Positions 38,051 to 48,881 of a stretch of 64,000 bases of DNA are shown here, one piece after another (the first letter of the stretch is position 1; every line of letters begins with the position of its first letter). Source of the stretch: Planctomycetota bacterium (GTDB lineage Bacteria > Planctomycetota > UBA1135 > UBA2386); the NCBI GenBank assembly GCA_965228735.1, contig OZ245838.1:4128001-4192000 (forward strand), given 5' to 3'. The position numbers and the translations under genes were made by a program. Under the pieces are notes generated by a model, which saw only the letters and a list, made by a program, of their open reading frames with translations, had not been told where the DNA came from and did no database searches.

Positions 38051-41000
38051 ATGGCCGAGTCCACGTCCGACCCCGTCGAGGCGCTCCTCACCGGCGTGAT
38101 CGAGCTGCCCGACAACGAGCAGCCGGCGGCGCTGCGCGCCGTCTGCACCGACCATCCGCGGCTCGCAGACGACCTGCGTTCGCGCTACGCGACCTACGTG
38201 CGGCTGCAGCACGCGACGCCCGCCGACGTCGCACCGATATCGGGTCGCCGGTTCGGCGAGTTCGAGCTGCAGCGCGAACTCGGCCGCGGCGGCATGGGCA
38301 TCGTCTACCTCGCGCGCCAGCGCCGCGCCGGCGGCGAACGATTGGTCGCCCTCAAGATCATTCGCGACCGCGGCCTGTTGTCCGATCGTGCGCACGAACG
38401 CTTCCGGCGCGAGGCCGCGGCCTCGTTCCGCCTCGACGATCCGGGACTATGCCCGGTGTTCGACGCCGGCGACGTCGACGGCACGCCGTGGCTCGCGATG
38501 CGGTACGTCCCCGGACGCACACTCGCCGAGCACATCGCGGACGCTCGCACGAGTGGCACGCTCGCACTGCCCGCCGCGGACTCCGAGTCCAACGCCAGCG
38601 ACTCGGGCACCGCGAGTGGCACGCGCGTGACGACCGGCGGCGACCGCTTCGCCGGCGTGCTCGCGCTCGGCGAATCCCTCGCGCGCTCGCTGCACGCCGC
38701 GCACGAAGCCGGCTTCGTCCACCGCGACGTCAAGCCGAGCAACGTCATGGTCACGCCCGAGGGTCAGCCCGTGCTCCTCGACTTCGGGCTCGTGCACGAG
38801 ACGAGCAACGACAGCTCGCTGACGATGACCGGCGAGACGCTCGGCACGCCCGCCTACATGGCGCCGGAGCAGATCGACGGCAACGGCCCGGTCGATCGCA
38901 CGACCGACGTCTATTCGCTGGCGGCGACCGTGTTCGAAGCGATCGCGCTCGAGCCGCCGTTCCAAGGCCGAACGCGCGAGGAGCTGTTTAGGAACATCCT
39001 GCATCAACCGCCGGCCGACCTGCGCCGCCTCGTGCCGGGCATACCACCGGATCTGCAGACGGTGCTCGCCACCGCGTTGGCGCGCGACCCGGGCCAGCGC
39101 TACGCGACCGCCCTCGAGTTCGCGCTCGAGCTCGCGCGGGTGCGGCAACACAAACCGATCCTCGCGCGGCCGCCCGGCATCGCGCGCCGCGTCCGACTCT
39201 GGTCCGCCCGCAACCGCGTCGCCGCGGCGCTCATGGCCGCGCTGACCGTCGCCTTGATCGCCGTCGTCGGCGTCGCGATCGACGCGCGGCAACAGCGCAA
39301 CCGCGCCGCCGCCAGCCTGCAGTCCGCGCGCCTCGCCGTCGCGGAACTCATCCGCGTGCAGGAGGAGGACCTCGCGGGCGTCCCGTGGCTCGAGTCGCAG
39401 CGCCGCGAGTTGCAGCACCGGGCGCGGCAGTTCTTGCAGGAGTTCTTGCGCGATCACGCCGATGTCCCCGAGCTCGCGAGCGACCACGCCGAGGCGACGA
39501 TCCTCGCGGCCCAGCTGGAGCTCGCACTCGGGAACGCAACCGGAGCCGCAAACCTGCGCGACGAAGCCGCCGCCGCGCTCGAGCGCGCGGCAGCAGCCGG
39601 CGAGACCGACCGGGCGATCGCGGGGGCGCTCGCGCGCCTCGGTGGATCGCTCGCGATCCGGATCGGCGACAACGAGGCCGCGGCACGCGAGTTCGAAACC
39701 GCGGCCGAGCACTTCCTCGCGGCCCCGCGGACCGCCAGAACGACGGAGGCCGCCATCGACGCGCTGCAGAGCGCGGCGGCCGCGTTCGAGAACGGCAACG
39801 ACCGGGAGCGTGCGTTCGCCGCCGTCGATCGCGCCGCCAACCTCGCGGTCAACGACCTCGCGGCGGACGACCCGGCACTGACCGACGACGTGATGCGCGC
39901 CCACGCCGCCGCGCTGACTCGCCGCGCGCGGCTGCTGAACGAGGCCAGCGACAACGCCACTGCGGATGCCGACTGCGAGTCGGCCACCAGGTTGCTGCGC
40001 GCGCTGCTCGAGCGCCGCCCTCACGACCGGCACACGGTCGCGGGCCTGGCCAACGCGCTCACGGTGCACGTGCGCGCGCACCGACTGCTCGGCCGCGGGC
40101 CCGAACAACGCCAGGCACTCGCCGAGGCCGAAGAGCTGTGGCAGAAGCTCGCGACCGCGTTCCCGCAGACGCCGTCGTATCGCCGCAACCTCGCGAACAT
40201 CGCGCTCGAGCGCGCCCCCTTGCTCGCCATTGACGGCGCACCCGACGAAGCGCTCGCCGCGCTCGAGCGCGCGCGGTCGGCGCTCGAAGACCTCGTCGAA
40301 GAAGACCCGGAAGCGGTCGTGCTCCGCCGCCTGCTCTGCAATGCGTTCATCCGGCTCGGCCAGCACCACTACGCGGACGCGGCACAGTCCATCCCGTACT
40401 ATCGGCAAGCGCTCGCGCACGCGCGCACCCTCGCGAGCAGCCATCCAGACGAGGCCGAACATCACTTCTTCGCGGCACAGTCCGCGCTCTGTCTCGGCGG
40501 CGCGCTCGCGAAACTCGACGACCCGGATGCGCTCGCGATGCTCGTCCTCGGCCGCAGTCATGCCGAGACCATGCGAGACCTGCGACCGGACGACCACCGA
40601 CCGCGCGTCATGTTCTCGAACGCGGCGCACGCCGAGGGGCTCGAACGCGCCGAGCGCGGCGAGGATGCTGCCGCCCTCGCGCTCATGAGAACCGCACTGA
40701 CCGGCGCCGTTGCCAACGCCGATCAGTCGCGAAACGACCTACGCCGACTGTTCGATGCGCTGCTGCACGGAGTCCGCCTGGCGTTGTTCGTCGAGGCCGC
40801 GAGCCCGGACGAGGCGCCGCAGACCTGGGCGGAGCTCGCCGCGTTGTGGGACGCGCGGCCCGAAGCGGCGCGCGATCGCCTCCTTCGCTTCGGCGCCGCG
40901 GAACCCGAGCTCTGCATCCTCGAACGTGGCCGCCACGTCGCGGCCGCGCGCGCCGGTGACCGCGCGGCGCGCGTGGCACTCGCCAGCAACCTCGAGCGGC

Positions 41001-41275
41001 TGCGCAGCTGCGTCGGCATCGCGCCGAAAGCCGCGATGATGCGGCTCGAGATCGTCGCGACGCAAGTCGAGCTGATCGCCGGCGAAGGCGCGAGCCGCGA
41101 GGATCGTGACCGATGGCAGCGCGAGCTCGTCGCCACGGTCACGGACTGGCCGACGACCGACCGCCTGATCGCGATGGACCGTCGGCGCCTCGATCACATC
41201 GTGGAACGACTCTCGAACGTCGACCTGCCGGTCGCGATCAGGGCACGACTCCGCGCCCTGTGTGACGGCAAATGA
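38051..41275 (+). CDS. Hanks-type Ser/Thr kinase with a TM segment and TPR-like helical C-terminus
   Basis: LGRGGMGIVY, VALK, HRDVKPSN, DFG, GTPAYMAPEQ, DVYSL; TM AAALMAALTVALIAVVGVAI. Confidence 0.95.
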   Translation: MAESTSDPVEALLTGVIELPDNEQPAALRAVCTDHPRLADDLRSRYATYVRLQHATPADVAPISGRRFGEFELQRELGRGGMGIVYLARQRRAGGERLVALKIIRDRGLLSDRAHERFRREAAASFRLDDPGLCPVFDAGDVDGTPWLAMRYVPGRTLAEHIADARTSGTLALPAADSESNASDSGTASGTRVTTGGDRFAGVLALGESLARSLHAAHEAGFVHRDVKPSNVMVTPEGQPVLLDFGLVHETSNDSSLTMTGETLGTPAYMAPEQIDGNGPVDRTTDVYSLAATVFEAIALEPPFQGRTREELFRNILHQPPADLRRLVPGIPPDLQTVLATALARDPGQRYATALEFALELARVRQHKPILARPPGIARRVRLWSARNRVAAALMAALTVALIAVVGVAIDARQQRNRAAASLQSARLAVAELIRVQEEDLAGVPWLESQRRELQHRARQFLQEFLRDHADVPELASDHAEATILAAQLELALGNATGAANLRDEAAAALERAAAAGETDRAIAGALARLGGSLAIRIGDNEAAAREFETAAEHFLAAPRTARTTEAAIDALQSAAAAFENGNDRERAFAAVDRAANLAVNDLAADDPALTDDVMRAHAAALTRRARLLNEASDNATADADCESATRLLRALLERRPHDRHTVAGLANALTVHVRAHRLLGRGPEQRQALAEAEELWQKLATAFPQTPSYRRNLANIALERAPLLAIDGAPDEALAALERARSALEDLVEEDPEAVVLRRLLCNAFIRLGQHHYADAAQSIPYYRQALAHARTLASSHPDEAEHHFFAAQSALCLGGALAKLDDPDALAMLVLGRSHAETMRDLRPDDHRPRVMFSNAAHAEGLERAERGEDAAALALMRTALTGAVANADQSRNDLRRLFDALLHGVRLALFVEAASPDEAPQTWAELAALWDARPEAARDRLLRFGAAEPELCILERGRHVAAARAGDRAARVALASNLERLRSCVGIAPKAAMMRLEIVATQVELIAGEGASREDRDRWQRELVATVTDWPTTDRLIAMDRRRLDHIVERLSNVDLPVAIRARLRALCDGK

Positions 41276-41281
41276 CCGGCG

Positions 41282-41914
41282 TCACTCGTCGGGCTGTTCG
41301 AGCAACGCGTCGAGCTCGCCGCGCTGCAACCGTTCGACGATGCCGGCGAGCTTGAGTAGCGCGCGCTTGTAGCGCATGCGGGTCGCGTTCGCGGCGGCAC
41401 CGATCACCTCACCGATCGCCGCGAATTCGAGCTCCTCGAACGAACGCATCAGGACGATCCGACGTTCGTCGGGCGGCAGGAACTCGAGGCCGAGTCGCAT
41501 CCAGCCGAGCTCTTCCGCGCGCTCCGCAGCGGCGGCCGGCGGCGTCACCTCGTGCGCCGGACTCATGCTGAGGCGCGCACTGACCGCGTCGGCTTCGCTG
41601 ACCGTCTGCGGCCGCGGCTGCCGGTGCGCGGCGCGCGCGCGATCGACGAGCAGATTCCTGATCATCCGGGTCAGCAGCGCGCGGAACTGTTCCCGGTTGG
41701 CGACGAGGAAGCGCGGCACGTAGGCGAGCGCCCGCAGCATGAGCTCCTGCACCCCGTCGCCGGTCTCCTCGAGCGCGCGCAGGACGGGCCCGCGCCCGCT
41801 GCGGATCGCCGTTTCGACCCAGTCGCGATCGCGGGCCAGCAGCTCGAGCAGGGCCTCGCGATCGCCGCCCTGCCAGCGGCGCAGCAGCGCCACCGTTTCG
41901 TCACCGCCGGCCAT
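41282..41914 (-). CDS. ECF sigma-70 factor, kinase-associated type
   Basis: sigma2 LLRRWQGGDREAL...ETGDGVQE...RNLLVDRAR; sigma4 LPPDERRIVLMRSFEELEFAAIGEVIG....ATRMRYKRA. Confidence 0.9.
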   Translation of the reverse strand: MAGGDETVALLRRWQGGDREALLELLARDRDWVETAIRSGRGPVLRALEETGDGVQELMLRALAYVPRFLVANREQFRALLTRMIRNLLVDRARAAHRQPRPQTVSEADAVSARLSMSPAHEVTPPAAAAERAEELGWMRLGLEFLPPDERRIVLMRSFEELEFAAIGEVIGAAANATRMRYKRALLKLAGIVERLQRGELDALLEQPDE

Positions 41915-42030
41915 GGGGTCCGACGATACCGGGCGACCGAACGACCGGGAAGTTGTCGCCTCGCACCGAACGGCCTAAGATCCCGGACCCAAGTTTTGGG
42001 GCCCGGCAGCCGATGCCATCCCTGATCCGC

Positions 42031-42534
42031 ATGCCACCTTCCCGACGAGCCCGTACGAGACTGCCGCTGCAACAGCGCGGCTGGGCCGTCGTGATCGGGG
42101 CGCTGATGCTGCTTGCGCTCGTCGGACCGCACACGTCGTGGTCGGTCTGCCTCACGGGTCGCTGCGTTCCGGGGAACGAGGTCGCGCTGCGCGCCGCTGT
42201 CGACGAGACCGGCGAATCGTGCTACTGCTGCAGCGTGAACGCGGAAACGCCGCAGCGCGATCGGTCGGACGATCGACCCGAGGTGCCCGACGGCCCCGAA
42301 CCGAAGAACGGCAACGACAGCCGCCACGGCTGCTGCATCGATCTCGCGACGCAGATCGACGAGGGCCCGCTGCCGCAACCGGTCGTCCCACCGGACCTCG
42401 AGACCGGCTCGGCCCCGATCCTGCCGCCGGCGATCGCAGTCGTGAGCGCCGCGCGGCACGCGGGCTTCGACACCGGACCACCGCGACCAGCCGAGCTGCT
42501 CGACCGGATCGCGACGACCGTTCTGCGCGAATAG
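42031..42534 (+). CDS. Small Cys-rich exported/leader protein (DUF2946/CzcI-like architecture); alternative start 42013
   Basis: N-terminal hydrophobic helix; CLTGRC, CYCC and HGCC; Pro-rich tail ending TGPPRP...ATTVLRE. Confidence 0.7.
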   Translation: MPPSRRARTRLPLQQRGWAVVIGALMLLALVGPHTSWSVCLTGRCVPGNEVALRAAVDETGESCYCCSVNAETPQRDRSDDRPEVPDGPEPKNGNDSRHGCCIDLATQIDEGPLPQPVVPPDLETGSAPILPPAIAVVSAARHAGFDTGPPRPAELLDRIATTVLRE

Positions 42535-42615
42535 ACCGCCCTGCTCGAGGCCGCCGCCTCGCAGGCCGCGGACGCTGGCATGCGTCCGCCCACCGGTCCG
42601 TTCCGCAGAATTGTC

Positions 42616-43857
42616 ATGTACCGATCCCTTGTCCTCGCCGGGCTCCTGCTCGGCCCCAGCTGTGTCTCCTACGTCGCCGATTCGGCCGACGCCACGCGCG
42701 TCGCTGCCGAGATCGGTGAGCGGAAAGGCGGCGCGTTCTCCTACCGGAGCGCGGTCGAGGCCGCGTTCCGCGACAACGCCGAGCTGCGCCGACTCGCCGC
42801 CAACGCACGAGCGGCGGGGGCCGACCTCACGCCGTTCGACCTGCAGGCGCAGTTCCGCAATCACATGGAGCGCGGGTTCGTGACGGTCGATCCGATCGCG
42901 TTGCTCGATCTCGGGCCGCGCGGTGCGCGCAACGCCCGGCTCGAGCGCGAGGCCGACGCGGCCGCCGTCGCGCTCGTCGAGGGTCGCTGGCGCGTCGCCG
43001 CCGCAATCGCCGAGACGTTCGCCATCGAGGACGCGCTCGCATCCCTGCCGCCGGTACCGCCGGTCCCCACGACCGCCGACGCGTTCGCCGACGCCGGACT
43101 CGGCGCGACGACCGCGGTCGCGCGCTTCCGCGCCGCGCAGCTGGCCCACGACGCCGAGGCCAAGGCGCGTATGGCCGCGGCCGAACGCAACCTCGCGCGC
43201 CTGCGTGAGCTGCTCGGGCTGGCGGCGGAAGCCGACGTGGCGTTCGTGCTCGACGAACAACGTACCGGGCAACCCTCGAAGACCCCGAACGCGCTGCTCG
43301 CGCGCCCGGATCTCACGCTGCAGGCGGCGCGCTTCGCCGTCGCCGACGCCGCGTTTCGCACTGCTGTCGCCGATCAATACCCCGCCGTCACACTCGGACC
43401 CGACATCCCGGTGACCGGCAGCGCGCTCGACTGGATCGCGATGCTGCGCTTGCCCGTCGGGGCCTGGGGTCGCGCCGAAGCCGCGCGTGAGCGGCGCGCC
43501 GCCGCTCGCGCCGAACTCGAAGGCGCCGTGCTGCGCGCGATGCGCGAGGCCCGCGATACCGAACTGGCCTCGGCCGCGGCGGCGGCCACTCGTGACGCCA
43601 CCGAAAGCACGGCGGCAGCGAGCGCCCAGTGGCTACGCAGCGCGCTCGTGAGCCTCGAGGTCGAGGTCGACGGCTTCGACGCGGCGGCGAACGCGGCCAC
43701 GATGGCCATGCTCGATGCCACGATGCTGCGGCGCGCGGCCGTCGACGCCGCGGTCGCGCGCGTGCGCGAGGCCGTCGCGTACGGCTGGCCCACGGTCGTC
43801 GCCGATCCGGAGTCGACCGCCGGCGCACCGGCAACGCGATCGGAGGAGCTGCCATGA
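42616..43857 (+). CDS. TolC-family outer-membrane efflux lipoprotein
   Basis: Lipobox-like LLGPSC; AVEAAFRDNAEL, LLARPDL, QYPAVTLG; Ala-rich coiled coils. Confidence 0.8.
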   Translation: MYRSLVLAGLLLGPSCVSYVADSADATRVAAEIGERKGGAFSYRSAVEAAFRDNAELRRLAANARAAGADLTPFDLQAQFRNHMERGFVTVDPIALLDLGPRGARNARLEREADAAAVALVEGRWRVAAAIAETFAIEDALASLPPVPPVPTTADAFADAGLGATTAVARFRAAQLAHDAEAKARMAAAERNLARLRELLGLAAEADVAFVLDEQRTGQPSKTPNALLARPDLTLQAARFAVADAAFRTAVADQYPAVTLGPDIPVTGSALDWIAMLRLPVGAWGRAEAARERRAAARAELEGAVLRAMREARDTELASAAAAATRDATESTAAASAQWLRSALVSLEVEVDGFDAAANAATMAMLDATMLRRAAVDAAVARVREAVAYGWPTVVADPESTAGAPATRSEELP

Positions 43858-45352
43858 GCGAACCCGATCTGAAGTCCCTGCGCATCGACGCGGAAGCCGC
43901 GCGGCCGCGCCGGCCGATCGCGCCGCGCCTGCTCGCCGGCCTCGTCATCGTTCTGCTCGGCGCGGTCACCGTGACCTTCGTCTACCCGCTCATCCGGCCG
44001 ACGCGCGCGGTGCGCACCGCACCGGTCCGGGCCGCGGCCGTGGACAACGGCGGGTCGGCCGCGATCGCCGGACCTGGGCAGATCGCGGCGGAAGCCGTCG
44101 GCTGGGTCGAGCCCGATCCGTTCGCCACCATCGTGCGGCCGCTCGTTGCCGGCCGGATCCGCACGCTCGACGTGCTCGAGGGCCAACGGGTGACGGCGGG
44201 CGAGACGGTCCTCGCGACACTCGAGAGCGCTGCGCTCACGGCAGCCGCCGAACGCACCGCCGCGACCGTTCGCGAACGCGAGGCCGAACTCGCGGTCAAG
44301 CAGGCCGAACTGCAGAAGGCCAGGGACCACCGCGATCAGCACGCCGAGCACCGCACCCTGCTGGCACAGGCCCGCCTGGCGCTGGCTGCCCGGCAACGAA
44401 CTCTGGCCGACGCCGAGGGGCGCGCGCGCGAACTCACGGCCAAGGCGCGCGCCGCCGATGCCACGCGTGAGGCGCACGAGAAACTCGCGGCGGCCGGCAC
44501 GAAGAACGCCGTCGCCCTCGAACGGGTCGTCGCCGAGTCGGCCGCAGCCGACGCGGCGGCTGCTGCCGCCGTGCGCAGCGCCGAAGCCGCAGCGCTGGAG
44601 TCCGCGGCTGCGGAACGCATCGTCGCCCTCCACCAGGAGCTGATCGACAGGCCCGTCGACCTCGACAACGCGGTCCTCGTCGCCGCGGCCGCCGTCGGCC
44701 ACGCCGAAGGCCGCCTCGCGCTCGCGCGCACGGAGCTCACGATCGCCGAGCGCGAGCTCGGGTGGGCCGAACGCGTCCTGGCCCCGGTCGACGGCATCGT
44801 GCTGCGACTCATCGCGGCCCCTGGCCACACGACGGGGCCGGGCGGCGAGGGCATCGTCGCGCTCTACGACGCGGCGCGACTGCAGGCCCGCATCGACGTG
44901 CCGCTCGACTCCGTCGCCGGCGTGCACGTCGGGCAGACGGTCGAGTTGTCGAGCGAGATCACCGGGACCGCGACCGTCCGCGGGGAAGTGCTGCGCATCC
45001 AGCACGAGACCGACCTGCTGAAGAACACGCTGCAGGTCAAGGTGCGGCTGGTCGATCCGCCCGAGCTCTGGCGACCCGAGACGCTGTGCCGCGCGCGCTT
45101 TCTCGGCCGACCGCGGCCCGCCGGCAGCGGCGACGGCGACCATGGCGACGGCGCGTTCCTCGTTCCGAAGGACGCGGTGCAGAACGGCAGCGTGTTCGTC
45201 ATCGACCCCACGCGGGGCGTCGCCCGTGGCATCGCCGTCGAGGTCGTCGGCGAACAGAACGGCGCCGCGATCGTCCGCGGCGATCTCTCCGTCACCCAGA
45301 AATTGATCCTCGACCCCGTGACCGCCGGCGAGGCCGTGCAGGAGCAGACCCG

Positions 45353-45356
<4 letters not shown>
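43854..45356 (+). CDS. Efflux periplasmic adaptor (MFP, MacA/HlyD-like)
   Basis: N-terminal TM; lipoyl halves VAGRIRTLDVLEGQRV and VLAPVDGIV; long coiled coil; VPKDAV. Confidence 0.9.
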
Positions 45357-46040
<684 letters not shown>

Positions 46041-46048
<8 letters not shown>

Positions 46049-47183
46049 GCTCTTCGCGTTCTTCCCCTACGTGCTGCGCACGGCGCTCCGCGCGCGCATG
46101 CGGTCGCTGCTCACGCTGCTCGGCGCGTCGCTCGCGATGATGCTGTTCGCGTTCGTGCGCACGGTCGACGACGGCGTCGCGACCCTGGCCGAACGCGCCG
46201 ACAAGCCGGTGCTCGTCGTCTTTCAGGACAGCCGCTTCTGCCCGCTGACGTCGGACCTGCCGTTGCGCTACGAACGCCAGATCCAAGACGTGCCGGGCGT
46301 CGAGGCCGTGCTGCCGACGCTCGTCTTCATCAACTCCTGCCGCAGCAACCTCGACCTCGTGACGCTGCACGGCGTCGCGACCGACGACCTCGACCGGCTC
46401 TACGACCTCGACGTCCGCGGCGGAACCGTCGACGGCTGGCGCAAACGCAGCGACGCGGCGCTCGTCGGCGAGCGACTCGCGGCAAGACGCGGTATCCAGG
46501 TCGGCGAACGGGTCCGCCTCGGCGAGATGGACGTGTTCGTCGCCGGCATCGTGCGCAGCACGTTCGCGGGCGTAGCGAACCTCGCATTCGTCCACCTCGA
46601 CCAGCTGAGCCTGGCGCGCGACAAGCAGGGCGCGGCGACGCAGTTCCTCGTCAAGGTCGGCGACGACCAGGATCCCGAGGCCATCGCGGAGGCCATCGAT
46701 GCGAAGTTCCGCACGGACGAGGCGCGCACCGACACCAAGAACATGCAGGCGTTCGTCGCGGCGGCCGTCGGTGAGATCGCCGAGGTCGTGCAGTTCGCAC
46801 GCTGGCTCGGCTACCTCGCCGTGCTCGTCGTCGCACTCGTGCTCGCCAACACGGTGTTCATCTCCGCCGAGTCGCGCATCGGCGAGATGGCCGTCCTCGA
46901 GACGGTCGGCATGACCAAGTTGCGGCTCATGGGGCTGATCGCGCTCGAGGGCACTGGCCTCGGCCTGCTCGGCGGCATCATCGGCACGGGCACCGTCGTG
47001 ACGTTGCTCCTCATCTGGCCACTGACGCTCGGCGTCGAGGGCTACGGCATCGACATGGAGCCGACGCTAACCGTCGTGACCCAGTCGCTGCTCGCGGCTT
47101 TTGGCATCGGCGTGCTCGCATCGGTCCTCCCTGCGTTCGCGGTCGCGCGCCGACCGCTGGCCCAGGCCGTGAAGTCGGAGTAA
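46041..47183 (+). CDS. ABC permease (MacB/FtsX-like)
   Basis: RSLLTLLG, periplasmic domain, then 3 TM with NTV.....SRIGEMAVLETVG. Confidence 0.9.
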
Positions 47184-47185
47184 CG

Positions 47186-48325
47186 ATGCTGCCCTTCGGA
47201 TACGTCCTGCGAAACGTGATGCGCCGCGGCGCGCGCTCGGCCGCGACGATCGGCGGCATCATGGCTACCACGCTGCTCGTGATCGCGATGACCGCGTTCG
47301 CCGACGGCCTCACGAACGCCGCGACCGGCAGCGCCGACGACCGGCGCGTCTACCTGCTCGGCGTGTCGGCCGAGACGGACCTCGTGCGGTCGGTCATCGC
47401 GCGCGGCCACGCCGAGACCGCGGCGGCGGCCGTGCCCGCCATCCTCGAGGAGAACGGCCAGCGCGCGGCTTCGGTCGAACTCCACATCGCGACCCGCCTC
47501 GGTCACAACGTCGGCCTCATCCGCGGCGTCACGAAGGCCGCCTATCTCGTGCACGACGAAGTCACGGTGATCGCCGGCCGCGAGCCGCGCGCGCCATTCG
47601 AGATCATGCTCGGAGCGCTCGCTGCGGCGCGCATGGATCTCGACCCGAGCGAGGTGGAGGTCGGCGACACCTTGCGACTCGAGCACAAGGACTTCCGCAT
47701 CGTCGGCCACTTCGCCGCGCCGGGCACGGTCTACGAGGCCGAGATCTGGGGCCGGCTGGCCGACGTGATGCTCACGACCAGGCGTGAGGACGTTTCGTGC
47801 GTCGTGCTGCGTCTGGGTGATCCCGCGGACATCGGCGAGGTCGGCCTGTTCGCCACGCGGCGCCTCGACCTCGAGATCGTGTCGATGCCGGAAGCGGAGC
47901 TCATGCAGGCGCTCGCCAGCAGCCTCACGCCAATCGCCGCGCTCGCGCGGTGGATGGCGGCGCTAGCGGTCATCGCCGGCGCGTTCGCGTGCGCCAACAC
48001 GATGTTCGCCGCCGTGCTCGCCCGCACTCGCGAGCTCGCCACGTTGCGCGCGCTCGGCTACTCGCCGGCGGCCGTTGCCATGGGGCTCGTGCAGGAATCC
48101 GTGCTCATCGCGCTGCTCGGCGGCGCCGCCGGCACCCTGCTCGCCCTTCTCATCGGCAGCGTGAGCCTGCGGTACCCCATGGGTGCCCTGGCGCTCGAAC
48201 CGGAGATCGGCAACCGCGCGATCGGCCTGGCCGCGGCAGTTCTTTCCGGCCTGCTCGGGGGCATCGTTCCCGCCGTGCGCGCCGTTCGTCTACCCTTGAT
48301 CGAAGCCCTCGGAGGCAAAGCATGA
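47186..48325 (+). CDS. ABC permease (MacB/FtsX-like), second subunit
   Basis: NTMFAAVLARTRELATLRALGY, ESVLIAL, PAVRAVRL. Confidence 0.92.
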   Translation: MLPFGYVLRNVMRRGARSAATIGGIMATTLLVIAMTAFADGLTNAATGSADDRRVYLLGVSAETDLVRSVIARGHAETAAAAVPAILEENGQRAASVELHIATRLGHNVGLIRGVTKAAYLVHDEVTVIAGREPRAPFEIMLGALAAARMDLDPSEVEVGDTLRLEHKDFRIVGHFAAPGTVYEAEIWGRLADVMLTTRREDVSCVVLRLGDPADIGEVGLFATRRLDLEIVSMPEAELMQALASSLTPIAALARWMAALAVIAGAFACANTMFAAVLARTRELATLRALGYSPAAVAMGLVQESVLIALLGGAAGTLLALLIGSVSLRYPMGALALEPEIGNRAIGLAAAVLSGLLGGIVPAVRAVRLPLIEALGGKA

Positions 48326-48870
48326 TCCGTTCGTCGATTCTCACCTTGGTCGCTCTGCTACCGCTCGCCGGCTGCTCGGGCGATTCCGCCAATACGCCCA
48401 ACACCGGCATCCCGAAAGCCTCGCCGTCGCCCGCCGCGAAGGCGGTGATGCTCGCGGCGGATCCCGGTCCAGGCGCATCCGTGTTCGAAGCTCGCGAAGC
48501 CGGCCCCAAGGACGACATCGTCCTCGTCGGTCGCGTCCGCATGATCACGAAGGGCGTCATGGCGTTCACGCTGATCGACGAGGAACTGCCCTACTGCGGC
48601 GAGCAGTGCAAAGAAGGCTGCCCGACGCCGTGGGACTACTGCTGCGAGACCAAGGACACGATCCAGGCCAACCTCGTCGCCGTCGAGGCGCGCGGCGCGG
48701 ACGGCAAGGTGATCAAGACCGAAGCGCTGCCCGACCTGCGCAACCTCGACAAGGTCAAGGTCAAGGGCCAGCTGACCAAGGACGAGCACGGCAACTTCGC
48801 ACTGTTGGCCCAGGGCATCTACCGCGTCGAACGACCCGAGCTGCCCGCGAATCTCGTCTGGCCGCAGTAG
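48322..48870 (+). CDS. Cys-cluster lipoprotein
   Basis: Lipobox LAGC; YCGEQCKEGCPTPWDYCCE; ATGA overlap with the permease. Confidence 0.85.
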   Translation: MIRSSILTLVALLPLAGCSGDSANTPNTGIPKASPSPAAKAVMLAADPGPGASVFEAREAGPKDDIVLVGRVRMITKGVMAFTLIDEELPYCGEQCKEGCPTPWDYCCETKDTIQANLVAVEARGADGKVIKTEALPDLRNLDKVKVKGQLTKDEHGNFALLAQGIYRVERPELPANLVWPQ

Positions 48871-48881
48871 GTTCGGCGGCA

